Positions 56,614-64,000 of a stretch of DNA of 64,000 bases are shown here, one piece after another. Position numbers and translations under genes: made by a program. Within the stretch, counting starts at the first letter, position 1; each line of letters begins with the position of its first letter. The DNA is taken from contig JAQUPL010000002.1 in assembly GCA_028716565.1 (NCBI GenBank), forward strand, positions 96,670-160,669, given 5' to 3'. The DNA comes from Candidatus Omnitrophota bacterium (GTDB lineage: Bacteria > Omnitrophota > Gorgyraeia > Pluralincolimonadales > Pluralincolimonadaceae). Below the pieces are notes generated by a model. It was not told the origin of the DNA and searched no databases. It was given only the letters and a program-made list of their open reading frames with translations.

Positions 56614-57381
56614 ATGACGATAGTAGAGATAGCTGATAAAATTGCAAACAATGCATGGTATGGAGTAATTTTTATAGCAGGTTTAGTAACAAAGTATGTT
56701 TTTGATTTATACAAAAACAAGATATCTAAACTACAGTACTCTATTAACAAATCTCTTCTTGGGGCATCAAACCAGGATAATTACTTAGGGAACGTCCAAG
56801 TTCTGTATAATGGTAAACCCGTAGAAAATCTTTATCTGTGCAATATCAATCTCGTTAATACGTCTAATAAAGATTTTAAAGATATTGAGATAACTGTATG
56901 GAGTGACATTGATAGTATTATTCTTGTTTCGAATGCTCTCAAAGCAAAAAGCATATATGCTCTGTCATTAACCCAAGCGTATGTAGAGCAAAGTAAGACT
57001 ATAACAGACCAAAATGTAAAATTAATTAATTCAAGGCGCCCTTATTTAATTCCTGTTTTGAATAGGGATGACAGTATCACTTTTTCGTGTCTTGTAACAA
57101 ATCCAAATAAAGCCGAACCAAATATATACTTAAATTGCGACTTTCCTGGATTAAAGATAGAGCCAACTTTTACAAAGCCAAAGTTATTTTGGAGGGAAAA
57201 TCAGGATACCGCGGCTCTGTACGGACTGCTTATTACCGCCATTATTTCAATATTTGTGACGCATTATTTACAATCTAAAGCTATCATTGCTTTGATTATA
57301 TTTATACTTGCCGCATTTTTGTTAATCCCAGGTGTTATAGTACTGAAAATATTAAAAAGAATTAGAAAATTGATAAGGTAG
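56614..57381 (+). CDS. hypothetical membrane protein (N-terminal TM helix, beta-rich middle, two C-terminal TM helices)
   Basis: Hydrophobic segments AWYGVIFIAGLVTKYVF and LLITAIISIFV...IIALIIFILAAFLLIPGVIVL. No recognisable family. Island cargo. Confidence 0.35.
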   Translation: MTIVEIADKIANNAWYGVIFIAGLVTKYVFDLYKNKISKLQYSINKSLLGASNQDNYLGNVQVLYNGKPVENLYLCNINLVNTSNKDFKDIEITVWSDIDSIILVSNALKAKSIYALSLTQAYVEQSKTITDQNVKLINSRRPYLIPVLNRDDSITFSCLVTNPNKAEPNIYLNCDFPGLKIEPTFTKPKLFWRENQDTAALYGLLITAIISIFVTHYLQSKAIIALIIFILAAFLLIPGVIVLKILKRIRKLIR

Positions 57382-57820
57382 ATTAAGATACGGTGCCCTC
57401 GTCTAAATCATATTGGATTCTGGATCCACGAAATATAGCTTAACCGTCTGTATTCCAAGTGGTTATATCAAAATAGTGCTTAATTTTTATAGTATTTTGT
57501 CTGGAAATTATGAGTAGAGCTGTCTGGAGCACCGTCTGGGCGCTGTCTGAGACTTATGAGAGCGATTGTCAGCACGCTATGAGGCACTTATTAGAGACAT
57601 GCAAGAAAAGTAAGGCTCTCATTATTTTGTTAATATGCCCGGTCGTTAAGCACAAAAGTATGGTATTCAATCATAATGAGCAAGAAAAGCCAAATTGATA
57701 AATGGTCTAAACTTTATGGTAGGCCAATAACCGAGGAAGAATACAGGCAGATTTGCGATGATTTAAGTAGATATTTCAAAACATTGCATAAATGGAATAA
57801 ACAAAACGAAAGTAAGTTAA

Positions 57821-58732
57821 ATGCCGGATAAAGCCATGTATTCAAATTATGTTCTCGCTTTAATTGATGTTTTAGGGCAAAAAGAACTTTTCCAAGGTTT
57901 CGACGATAGTTTCTTAACTGTTGTTGATGACCCCAGATTAGTAGCAATTCATAAAAATACAGTTATGGCGGTTGAGGAATTACGTGGAATTTTAGAAGGT
58001 TTTCTTAAGACTTTCACTGAAAACGGGGTAAGCGAAGAAGTAATTTCTAGGATACCACCTGATAAAGTAGACCAGTTCAGAGAAATGAGGAAGACCGAAG
58101 TAATAACTTATCGGTTTTCTGATTGTATACTTGCATACTCATCATTACAGAAAACAAAATATTGCTCCCCGGCAATGAATAGCGTTTATGGTATATTAAT
58201 GGCATGCGGGATAATGATGACTCTATCACTAGCTAGAAAAAAAGTATTTAGAGCCGCGGTAGATATTGGATTGGGGACGCTACTATCTAATGGAGAAGTA
58301 TATGGCCCCGTTTCTTATAAGGTTTATAAAATGGAAAGTTCAATAGCCCAATATCCGCGGATAGTAATAGGAGATAATCTTCATGCATATCTGACATCTT
58401 TATCACATGAGACAAAACAGTTTGAAGGCCAAACCGCAGAAGACATTAAATTATGTAAAGAAGAAGCTGGCATTTGCCTAAAAATGATTGTTCGAGACTT
58501 AGATGGCTATCCAATACTTGATTATTTAGGTGATACATTTAAAAACTGTTTAGGCGACGGCTATAATCATCCCGACGGCAGTATTAAAGAAGAAGAAATA
58601 TTGAATAAAGCCATGTATTTTATAAGGGAAGAATATGATAAAAAAAGGAAAATGAAAGATAGCAAACTAGCATTACGATATTTCTTACTTCTTAATTATT
58701 TTAAAGCTAGAATACCCAAAAAGAACATTTAA
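57821..58732 (+). CDS. hypothetical protein with class-III-nucleotidyl-cyclase-like palm-domain motifs (tentative)
   Basis: ALIDVLGQ (compare FADIVGFT), RFSDCILAY (compare KTIGDAYMA) and RAAVDIGLG...GPVSYKVYKMESSIAQYPRIVIG (compare RIGIHTG...GDTVNLASRMES...IL VS). Followed by a C-terminal extension of about 120 aa. Assignment rests on motif recall only. Confidence 0.35.
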   Translation: MPDKAMYSNYVLALIDVLGQKELFQGFDDSFLTVVDDPRLVAIHKNTVMAVEELRGILEGFLKTFTENGVSEEVISRIPPDKVDQFREMRKTEVITYRFSDCILAYSSLQKTKYCSPAMNSVYGILMACGIMMTLSLARKKVFRAAVDIGLGTLLSNGEVYGPVSYKVYKMESSIAQYPRIVIGDNLHAYLTSLSHETKQFEGQTAEDIKLCKEEAGICLKMIVRDLDGYPILDYLGDTFKNCLGDGYNHPDGSIKEEEILNKAMYFIREEYDKKRKMKDSKLALRYFLLLNYFKARIPKKNI

Positions 58733-58745
58733 TCAGGACGGTTAA

Positions 58746-58964
58746 TTAAAGGAAATAGTTTATATTTTTCCTGTAAATTTTAGCAAATTCTTTTAATTGT
58801 ATTAAATCCACTCTTCGCTGTCCAGCCTCTATTTTAGAAACATATGATTGTGTTCTGCCGAGTAGTTTTGCAACGTCTTCTTGTTTAAGCTTTCTCGATT
58901 TACGAGCTTCTATAAGCTTTTTAACGAGAATTTTATGACCTTCACTATAGATTGTCTTGTCCAT
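58746..58964 (-). CDS. XRE-family HTH transcriptional regulator (Cro/CI-like)
   Basis: LKQEDVAKLLGRTQSYVSKIEAGQRRV is a classic HTH_3. The only convincing minus-strand gene in the window, and divergent from the zinc-ribbon gene. Confidence 0.7.
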   Translation of the reverse strand: MDKTIYSEGHKILVKKLIEARKSRKLKQEDVAKLLGRTQSYVSKIEAGQRRVDLIQLKEFAKIYRKNINYFL

Positions 58965-59070
58965 ACCCCATCCGTATTTACCTTGACTGGTTACCTACCC
59001 TATGATATATTCCAAAATGAAATATGCCAAAATGGAATATAGTCAATTTGGCATTAAGGAGGATAAATTA

Positions 59071-59667
59071 GTGAAAAAGTGTCCTTATTGCGCTGAAGAT
59101 ATTCAAGAAGAAGCGATAAAATGCAGGTATTGCGGAGAGTATCTAAATAAAGAAAAAAGTAAAAATATTGGTAGCCTCAAAGAATATGTAGTTTATGTTA
59201 AAGAATATGAAATGGGCGAAAGCGGCGGGCATCAAAATTTTGGAATTAAAGGTGACGTTCGTTGCTCGAAGTGCGATAAGGAGCTGTCTAAAGAGGACGC
59301 TGAGGTATTTCAAAATAAATATTGGTGCAGTGAGCACTATTTAGAGGAAGTCCGCGGACTAGGCGGAGGCATGGCTTTTGGAGCCGTTGGAGCAGTGTAT
59401 GCAAATAATGAAAAAGATGCACTAGTTTTAGCGAAGAAAGAATATCCAAATGATTCTTATGGAGAGATTACCGTTAAGGAATCAACCGAAATTGGCAGGT
59501 ATTCATGTCCAAAATGCGAATGTAAATATACTATTTGTAATAAAGAAATAGGTTGTTTCTTTTGGTTATTAGGGATATTTACTCTTGGATTAGCGTTAAT
59601 ACTGATGTGGCCGTTCTTGCCTTATAAATGTCATTGCAGAGCTTGTAAATACGATTGGAAAGCATAG
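59071..59667 (+). CDS. zinc-ribbon protein with C-terminal TM helix (hypothetical)
   Basis: Several CxxC pairs (CPYCAEDI...CRYCGEY; CSKCDK; CPKCEC; CHCRAC) and the hydrophobic stretch FFWLLGIFTLGLALILMWPF. GTG start chosen because of the AAGGAGG SD 8 nt upstream. Confidence 0.4.
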   Translation: MKKCPYCAEDIQEEAIKCRYCGEYLNKEKSKNIGSLKEYVVYVKEYEMGESGGHQNFGIKGDVRCSKCDKELSKEDAEVFQNKYWCSEHYLEEVRGLGGGMAFGAVGAVYANNEKDALVLAKKEYPNDSYGEITVKESTEIGRYSCPKCECKYTICNKEIGCFFWLLGIFTLGLALILMWPFLPYKCHCRACKYDWKA

Positions 59668-59758
59668 CTTCCCGCCTCTAGCGTTTAAATTACCAAATAA
59701 TTTAATTAAAGAAAGTATTATCGTTGAACTCCATTTAAGCAAGTAGTATTATTTAGCT

Positions 59759-60550
59759 ATGATAAAGCACAGAGATAAAGAGGTCAAAGGCGTAAAAAGA
59801 TACAGCAGGGAGCCTCGAAATATGAGGATTTTTTGGTCTAGATTCTGGATGTATCAATGTCTTATTCGAACCCCAGAGTATCGTAGAGCTTATTGTAAAC
59901 TGAAAAAAATATTCATTGAAAAAGAAAAGTCGAAATTTGCAGAATATATCAAGCAAGAATTTAATCTTTCACGCATAATTAATCCATACAATAATGCCAA
60001 GAATAACGTTGATGATAAGGCGTTGAATGTGTCGGCTTTCAGAAATGGTTCATTGAGGAGCATGCGGAAGGATGAATTCAAACTGCCCGATTTTGTAAAG
60101 TTATCTAGCCGGGATGAAGATATACTGCAAGAACTTAAAGCAATCATAAAAGATGCCAAAAAGAAATCGGGTTATGATAGGTCTAGGCGCGATATAAAAT
60201 TGAAATTTATGAAAGATTATCTCAAGGTATGGGACATGAAGGAAGATGGTTTAAGCACTTGGGAAATAGCTATTAAGAGGAATCCGCATCTATCAAAAGC
60301 AAAAATCGGCGATGAATATGCAAAGATAAATAAAGAGGAATATGAAAAATATGATAGTTACTGTAATGAACTAATAGATAAATTGGGCATAGATAGCGAA
60401 ATAGCAGAAAAAATGATAAACAAGAAATTTCCAAAATTAGTTAGCGATCCTAAAGCAAGTAAATTGAAGTCAGAAATGAAGAAAATTCGTGAACAATACG
60501 CTATGGCTGCCAGATTAATTGAGGGAGGGATGTGGCGTTATATTAAATGA
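59759..60550 (+). CDS. hypothetical protein (Lys-rich; possible sigma-70 region-4-like HTH GLSTWEIAIKRNPHLSKAKIGDEY)
   Basis: ORF with a coding-like composition inside the island. No confident family. Confidence 0.35.
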   Translation: MIKHRDKEVKGVKRYSREPRNMRIFWSRFWMYQCLIRTPEYRRAYCKLKKIFIEKEKSKFAEYIKQEFNLSRIINPYNNAKNNVDDKALNVSAFRNGSLRSMRKDEFKLPDFVKLSSRDEDILQELKAIIKDAKKKSGYDRSRRDIKLKFMKDYLKVWDMKEDGLSTWEIAIKRNPHLSKAKIGDEYAKINKEEYEKYDSYCNELIDKLGIDSEIAEKMINKKFPKLVSDPKASKLKSEMKKIREQYAMAARLIEGGMWRYIK

Positions 60551-60623
60551 CACGTAATTGGTAATACCAGTTACGTAGTTATACAAAAATTAAAATCTTA
60601 TATATAATGTGCCAAAATCTAAC

Positions 60624-60640
60624 TCTAGAACCGTTCTAGA
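60624..60640 (+). promoter_or_regulatory. perfect palindromic operator TCTAGAAC-C-GTTCTAGA downstream of a TATAAT box (60603-60608)
   Basis: 8+1+8 inverted repeat lying 45-60 nt upstream of the paralogue A start. A second near-palindrome, ACGTAATTGGTA-A-TACCAGTTACGT, lies at 60553-60577. Confidence 0.5.
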
Positions 60641-60686
60641 GCGACACGATTTTGGCTTTTTTATGTACATTATTTACAAAGGAAAA

Positions 60687-61412
60687 ATGAAAATGAATAC
60701 AGCGAAGCTACGGAATATTAAAGATTGCATAAAAATCTGTCTCGAAAAGGGGGCTAAAAATGAGAATGAATTTATATCAATGCGCTACAGCATTATTTGC
60801 GAGTTGAAAAAGGCAGGCTTGGGTCAATATGAAATTGAAGAAATTATGATAGGCTGGTGCAAGAAGAATTATAAAGATTTATCTTATGTAGAATTTAAAA
60901 AACAAATCGTAGAATGCATCGAAATAATTTTTAAAAAGGATGCTAAAGCTGGTTGCGGATATATATCAGAGAATATCTTTTGTGTAGACGGGTGCAAATA
61001 CATGAGAACTAATCGGAGGAAGGGCAGCATAAAATTATCTGGAGAAAAATTTTGTACTGAGGATGAAATAGAGAAATGTTTGAAAAAATACGCTAAATGC
61101 CTCCATCCAATGGAATGTGCAAGAGTATACAAAATTATGGATACCAGAAGAGTTGAATTGGGGCTATTAAGAGAAGAAGCTTTTAATATGTCTTACGGGG
61201 ATATAGCAGATAAACTTTGGGTAACCGATGTCTCAACTGCAAATCCGAAGCAAGTGCATAGATTTGTCAACGAACTTATTGATAGCAAACTTTTAGAAAT
61301 GGTCACTATTAATGGAAAAAATAATTTTCATAGTCAAGCAAGAAGATACAAGCTGAAAACTCCAGAAGACATTTATAGTAATAAATTGTTTAACCTGCTT
61401 AATGAGCACTAA
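60687..61412 (+). CDS. hypothetical Cys-cluster protein, tandem paralogue A
   Basis: Shares KDAKAGCGY..EN.FC..GC.Y, LGLLR and KLKTPEDIY blocks with paralogue B. ATG 60687 (MKMNTAKL) chosen by analogy with paralogue B's start MNMNTLK. Confidence 0.4.
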   Translation: MKMNTAKLRNIKDCIKICLEKGAKNENEFISMRYSIICELKKAGLGQYEIEEIMIGWCKKNYKDLSYVEFKKQIVECIEIIFKKDAKAGCGYISENIFCVDGCKYMRTNRRKGSIKLSGEKFCTEDEIEKCLKKYAKCLHPMECARVYKIMDTRRVELGLLREEAFNMSYGDIADKLWVTDVSTANPKQVHRFVNELIDSKLLEMVTINGKNNFHSQARRYKLKTPEDIYSNKLFNLLNEH

Positions 61413-61486
61413 TAGTTAAACTAAAATGAAAGGCAGATAACTGCAAATAATTATACAATGCATATCGAAAAAAAGGAGGTTAATCA

Positions 61487-62206
61487 ATGAATATGAATAC
61501 ACTAAAAGATGTCAGAGATTGCGTGATGAAAAGTCTTAATGACGGTGTTTCAGATTTGCATGAATTTAGAATCATGCGGTACGGAATTATTTGTGAATTG
61601 AAAAGGATAGGATGCGGAAAAGACAGAATCGAAGAAATTATGAAACGCTGGAATGAAAAAAACTATAAAAAATTATCATTTAAAGATTTTAGAGAGCAAG
61701 TCAAAGTGTTTATTGATTGGGTATTCAAAAAAGATGCAAAAGTGGGATGTAATTATTTTACTGAAAATATGTGCTGTATAGCCGGGTGCAGGTATAAAGA
61801 GAATAAGATTAAAGAAGACAACAAGAAATTATCCGAAGAGGTTGTTTATACCCAAAGCGAAATAGAGAAATTCTTGACAGAATATGACGAATGCAAACAT
61901 TCAAGAGAATGTTCAATAGTTTATAAAATAATGGACAACAAAAGAGTTGCTCTGGGTTTATTAAGAAAACAAATACTTTATATGTCATTTGAAGAAATGG
62001 CAAAAATGCTTTGGGAGAATGGGTATTCAACTGCAAAGCCTATGAATGCGTGTAGATTTGTAAGAGAATTAGTTGACAGCGGACTCTTAGAAATAGTCGA
62101 AAGAGGAAAAAAGGGCAATTTTCATAGTCTAGCTAACGGCTACAATCTGAAAACTCCAGAAGATGTTTACAATAAAGACTTGTTTGAGTACTCTGACGGA
62201 CTATAA
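61487..62206 (+). CDS. hypothetical Cys-cluster protein, tandem paralogue B
   Basis: About 40% identical to paralogue A over its full length. AAGGAGG SD 8 nt upstream. Confidence 0.45.
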   Translation: MNMNTLKDVRDCVMKSLNDGVSDLHEFRIMRYGIICELKRIGCGKDRIEEIMKRWNEKNYKKLSFKDFREQVKVFIDWVFKKDAKVGCNYFTENMCCIAGCRYKENKIKEDNKKLSEEVVYTQSEIEKFLTEYDECKHSRECSIVYKIMDNKRVALGLLRKQILYMSFEEMAKMLWENGYSTAKPMNACRFVRELVDSGLLEIVERGKKGNFHSLANGYNLKTPEDVYNKDLFEYSDGL

Positions 62207-62279
62207 CTTCATAAGACTAATTCATCTTGATAGGCAGGCATAATCATATATATGTATAACAAATATAAGGAGCTATAAA

Positions 62280-62417
62280 ATGAGAAAAAAGAACTTACTC
62301 TTTGGCGTTAATTCCAAATGCAGACAATGCACCAAGGAATGTAAAAAATATGAGCAACAAACTGTTGTTTTGTGCAAATACTTCGATTCGGTTACGGCTA
62401 AAAAGAAAAGGCTGTAA
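62280..62417 (+). CDS. small Cys-rich protein (45 aa; not in ORF track)
   Basis: ATG preceded by ATAAGGAGC at a 7-nt spacing. MRKKNLLFGVNSKCRQCTKECKKYEQQTVVLCKY... contains CxxC...C...C. Confidence 0.3.
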   Translation: MRKKNLLFGVNSKCRQCTKECKKYEQQTVVLCKYFDSVTAKKKRL

Positions 62418-62547
62418 CCTGCAAGCACAGAAAAGCGTGGAAATTGACGATTCCAGACATGTTTTTCAGAAACCGTACTCATGCTATGAATAATCGCAAA
62501 AACGCTCTGGACAGACAATGGAGACTTAAAACAAGTCATTATTAGAC

Positions 62548-62730
62548 ATGGACAGCAGACTTTTGGGGATAGATGAATTATCGCAGTACTTGGGAATAGC
62601 GAAAGGCACTCTCTACGTTTGGGTGTGTCACAGGGAGATACCCTACCTAAAAGTCGGTAGATTAGTAAAGTTTGATTTACCAGAGATACAAGGCTGGCTC
62701 AAGAAGAGAAGAGTAAAGGAATTGCCTTGA
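62548..62730 (+). CDS. AlpA/Xis-family DNA-binding protein (excisionase-like)
   Basis: 60 aa. LGIDELSQYLGIAKGTLYVWVCHREIPYLKVGRLVKFDLPEIQGWL is the AlpA-type HTH. Immediately upstream of the integrase. Confidence 0.65.
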   Translation: MDSRLLGIDELSQYLGIAKGTLYVWVCHREIPYLKVGRLVKFDLPEIQGWLKKRRVKELP

Positions 62731-62787
62731 CCTGGCACTTTGGATGCACTACCATCCAAGAAAGAGCAAAAATAACAGGGGAAACGC

Positions 62788-63864
62788 ATGGGAGTATACG
62801 AAAAGAACGGAAACTGGTATATACGCTACTACATTGGTGACAAAAACGTAAGAAGAAAAGTAGGCCCAACCAAGGGTCTAGCTGAAATTGCGCTTAAAAA
62901 GATAAAAGTTGCGATGGCCGAGGGCAAATATTTAGATATAAAGAGAGAACAGAAGATTAAGTTTGAAGAATTCGCTGATGAATATATAAAGACACACTCA
63001 AAAACAAACAACAAATCTTGGGAACAAACCGACCTTCATACTGTTAAGTGCTTAAAAGCATTCTTCGCTGGTAAGTATCTAAGCGAAATAACTCCTCAGA
63101 TGGTGGAGCAATTTAAAGCAAAAAGAGTAACAGAAGTAAAGCCGGCTACTACCAACAGGGCGCTGGCGTTACTGAAGTCTATTTTCAATAAAGCTACAGC
63201 ATGGAATAAGTTTGATGGTCGAAATCCAGTTAAAGGAATTAAATTTTATAAAGAACACCCAAGACTTCGTTTTTTGGAAAGGGAAGACATTACTAAATTA
63301 ATAGACAATAATACCGAACCTTTAAAATCAATAGTCATAATCGCTCTAAATACTGGAATGAGAAGAGGAGAGATATTTAATCTTAAATGGCATGACATAG
63401 ATTTTGAGAGAGGGATAATTAGTTTATACCAAACAAAGAACGGGGAACAAAGAAAAGTCCCAATGAATGAGCAAGTCAAACAGACTATTATTGCGGTAAG
63501 AAAGACGCCGGATAGTCCTTACATATTCTGCAATAAAGACAAAAGACCATACTGCGATATAAGAAAATCATTTTTTACAGCATGCGATAAATGCGGTATA
63601 ACTGATTTTCATTTTCATGATTTAAGACATACTTTTGCTTCTCAATTGGTAATGTCGGGTATCGATTTAAATACAGTCAGAGAGCTGTTGGGGCATAAAA
63701 CCATTGAGATGACGTTGCGGTATGCTCACCTTTCGCCGGACTTCAAGAAACGAGCAGTTGACATCCTAGGAAGGAAAATAGGCATTCTTCCAATGCCCGT
63801 TCAAAAAGAAGCGGAAAAGACAGAAGTTTTTAAAATTGCAACTACGGCATTTATTCAAGAATAA
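62788..63864 (+). CDS. tyrosine-type site-specific recombinase/integrase
   Basis: N-terminal SAM-like domain. Catalytic region ...RRGE...HDLRHTFASQLVMSGIDLNTVRELLGHKTIEMTLRYAHL carries the R..H..R..Y signature. Confidence 0.9.
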   Translation: MGVYEKNGNWYIRYYIGDKNVRRKVGPTKGLAEIALKKIKVAMAEGKYLDIKREQKIKFEEFADEYIKTHSKTNNKSWEQTDLHTVKCLKAFFAGKYLSEITPQMVEQFKAKRVTEVKPATTNRALALLKSIFNKATAWNKFDGRNPVKGIKFYKEHPRLRFLEREDITKLIDNNTEPLKSIVIIALNTGMRRGEIFNLKWHDIDFERGIISLYQTKNGEQRKVPMNEQVKQTIIAVRKTPDSPYIFCNKDKRPYCDIRKSFFTACDKCGITDFHFHDLRHTFASQLVMSGIDLNTVRELLGHKTIEMTLRYAHLSPDFKKRAVDILGRKIGILPMPVQKEAEKTEVFKIATTAFIQE

Positions 63865-64000
63865 TAAATGACAAATAAACTTCTTTAATCTTCTCCCTAC
63901 ACAGAGCAAAAGGATTATACTAAAAGTAATGGCGTGAACGAGGCTCGGGCGGGGTAGTGCAAAACCCGTAAAAAGCAAATTCTCGTATTAATCCATTGCG

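Larger units (their letters stand above)
54800..64000. mobile_element. AT-rich integrative genomic island (integrase/excisionase at right end; boundaries approximate, right end beyond window)
   Basis: Abrupt drop in GC after the GT39 stop, and a cargo of TA, regulator and unknown genes. An AlpA-family Xis (62548..62730) and a tyrosine integrase (62788..63864) sit at the 3' edge. att sites not identified. Confidence 0.6.

Noticed and set aside
57498-57551. Four iteron-like (T/C)GTCTG(G/A) repeats spaced 23, 12 and 11 nt apart
   Set aside because: Short, imperfect, only four copies, and largely explained by the VW/SE codon repeats of the small ORF 57510..57698. Insufficient evidence for an iteron or origin.
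1-64000. CRISPR arrays, rRNA genes, IS/transposase genes
   Set aside because: No regularly spaced direct repeats, no rRNA-like stretches and no DDE transposase or IS terminal inverted repeats were seen. The only mobility genes are the integrase and excisionase at 62.5-63.9 kb.

Overview
This 64 kb window looks like a chromosomal segment from a moderate-GC bacterium, with a strongly AT-rich insertion at its 3' end. Real genes are almost all on the + strand. A few product calls (1..972, 37671..38681, the GH20-like and GH26-like domains, the cyclase-like island protein) rest on weak motif recall and are marked with low confidence.

The window divides into four parts:

1. **1-5.2 kb, housekeeping.** A 5'-truncated unknown protein, yicC, gmk, rpoZ and a split coaC/coaB pair, followed by two nearly identical tandem type IV pilin genes, each with its own terminator, and then tRNA-Cys and tRNA-Leu.

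2. **5.2-30.1 kb, exopolysaccharide and PEP-CTERM/exosortase locus.** Genes in order:
   - a GGDEF protein with degenerate receiver and GAF domains;
   - a secretin, a Wzz-like chain-length determinant and a BY-kinase;
   - a methyltransferase, a Wzx flippase, three GT4 glycosyltransferases, a Wzy-like polymerase and a GH20-like hydrolase;
   - wecB, a GT2 glycosyltransferase and a WecA-like initiating transferase;
   - an AraC/PocR regulator, a PilZ protein, a membrane protein and a TPR lipoprotein;
   - an exosortase, EpsI, and two proteins with PEP-CTERM sorting signals, one of them GH26-like.

3. **30.1-54.8 kb, conserved core.** tRNA-Val, thrS-infC-rpmI-rplT-pheS-pheT, rarA, a PP-loop ATPase, ccdA, MTHFS, rny-ymdB, xseA-xseB-ispA-dxs, a four-subunit 2-oxoacid:ferredoxin oxidoreductase and a gltX carrying an in-frame C-terminal TPR extension. 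The core ends with a prepilin-type protein fused to a glycine/serine/proline-rich linker and a metzincin-like zinc-protease motif (HEATHADYDYH), a lipoprotein and a GT39 (PMT/ArnT-like) glycosyltransferase.

4. **From about 54.8 kb to the window end, an AT-rich integrative island.** It carries a HigB toxin with an HTH-ImmA/IrrE peptidase antitoxin, a membrane protein, a class-III-cyclase-like palm-domain protein, an XRE regulator, zinc-ribbon proteins and tandem Cys-rich paralogs behind a perfect palindromic operator, with an AlpA-family excisionase and a tyrosine integrase at the right edge.

The most novel candidates are the pilin-metalloprotease fusion with its neighbouring GT39, the cyclase-like island protein, and the secretin embedded in the EPS/exosortase locus.
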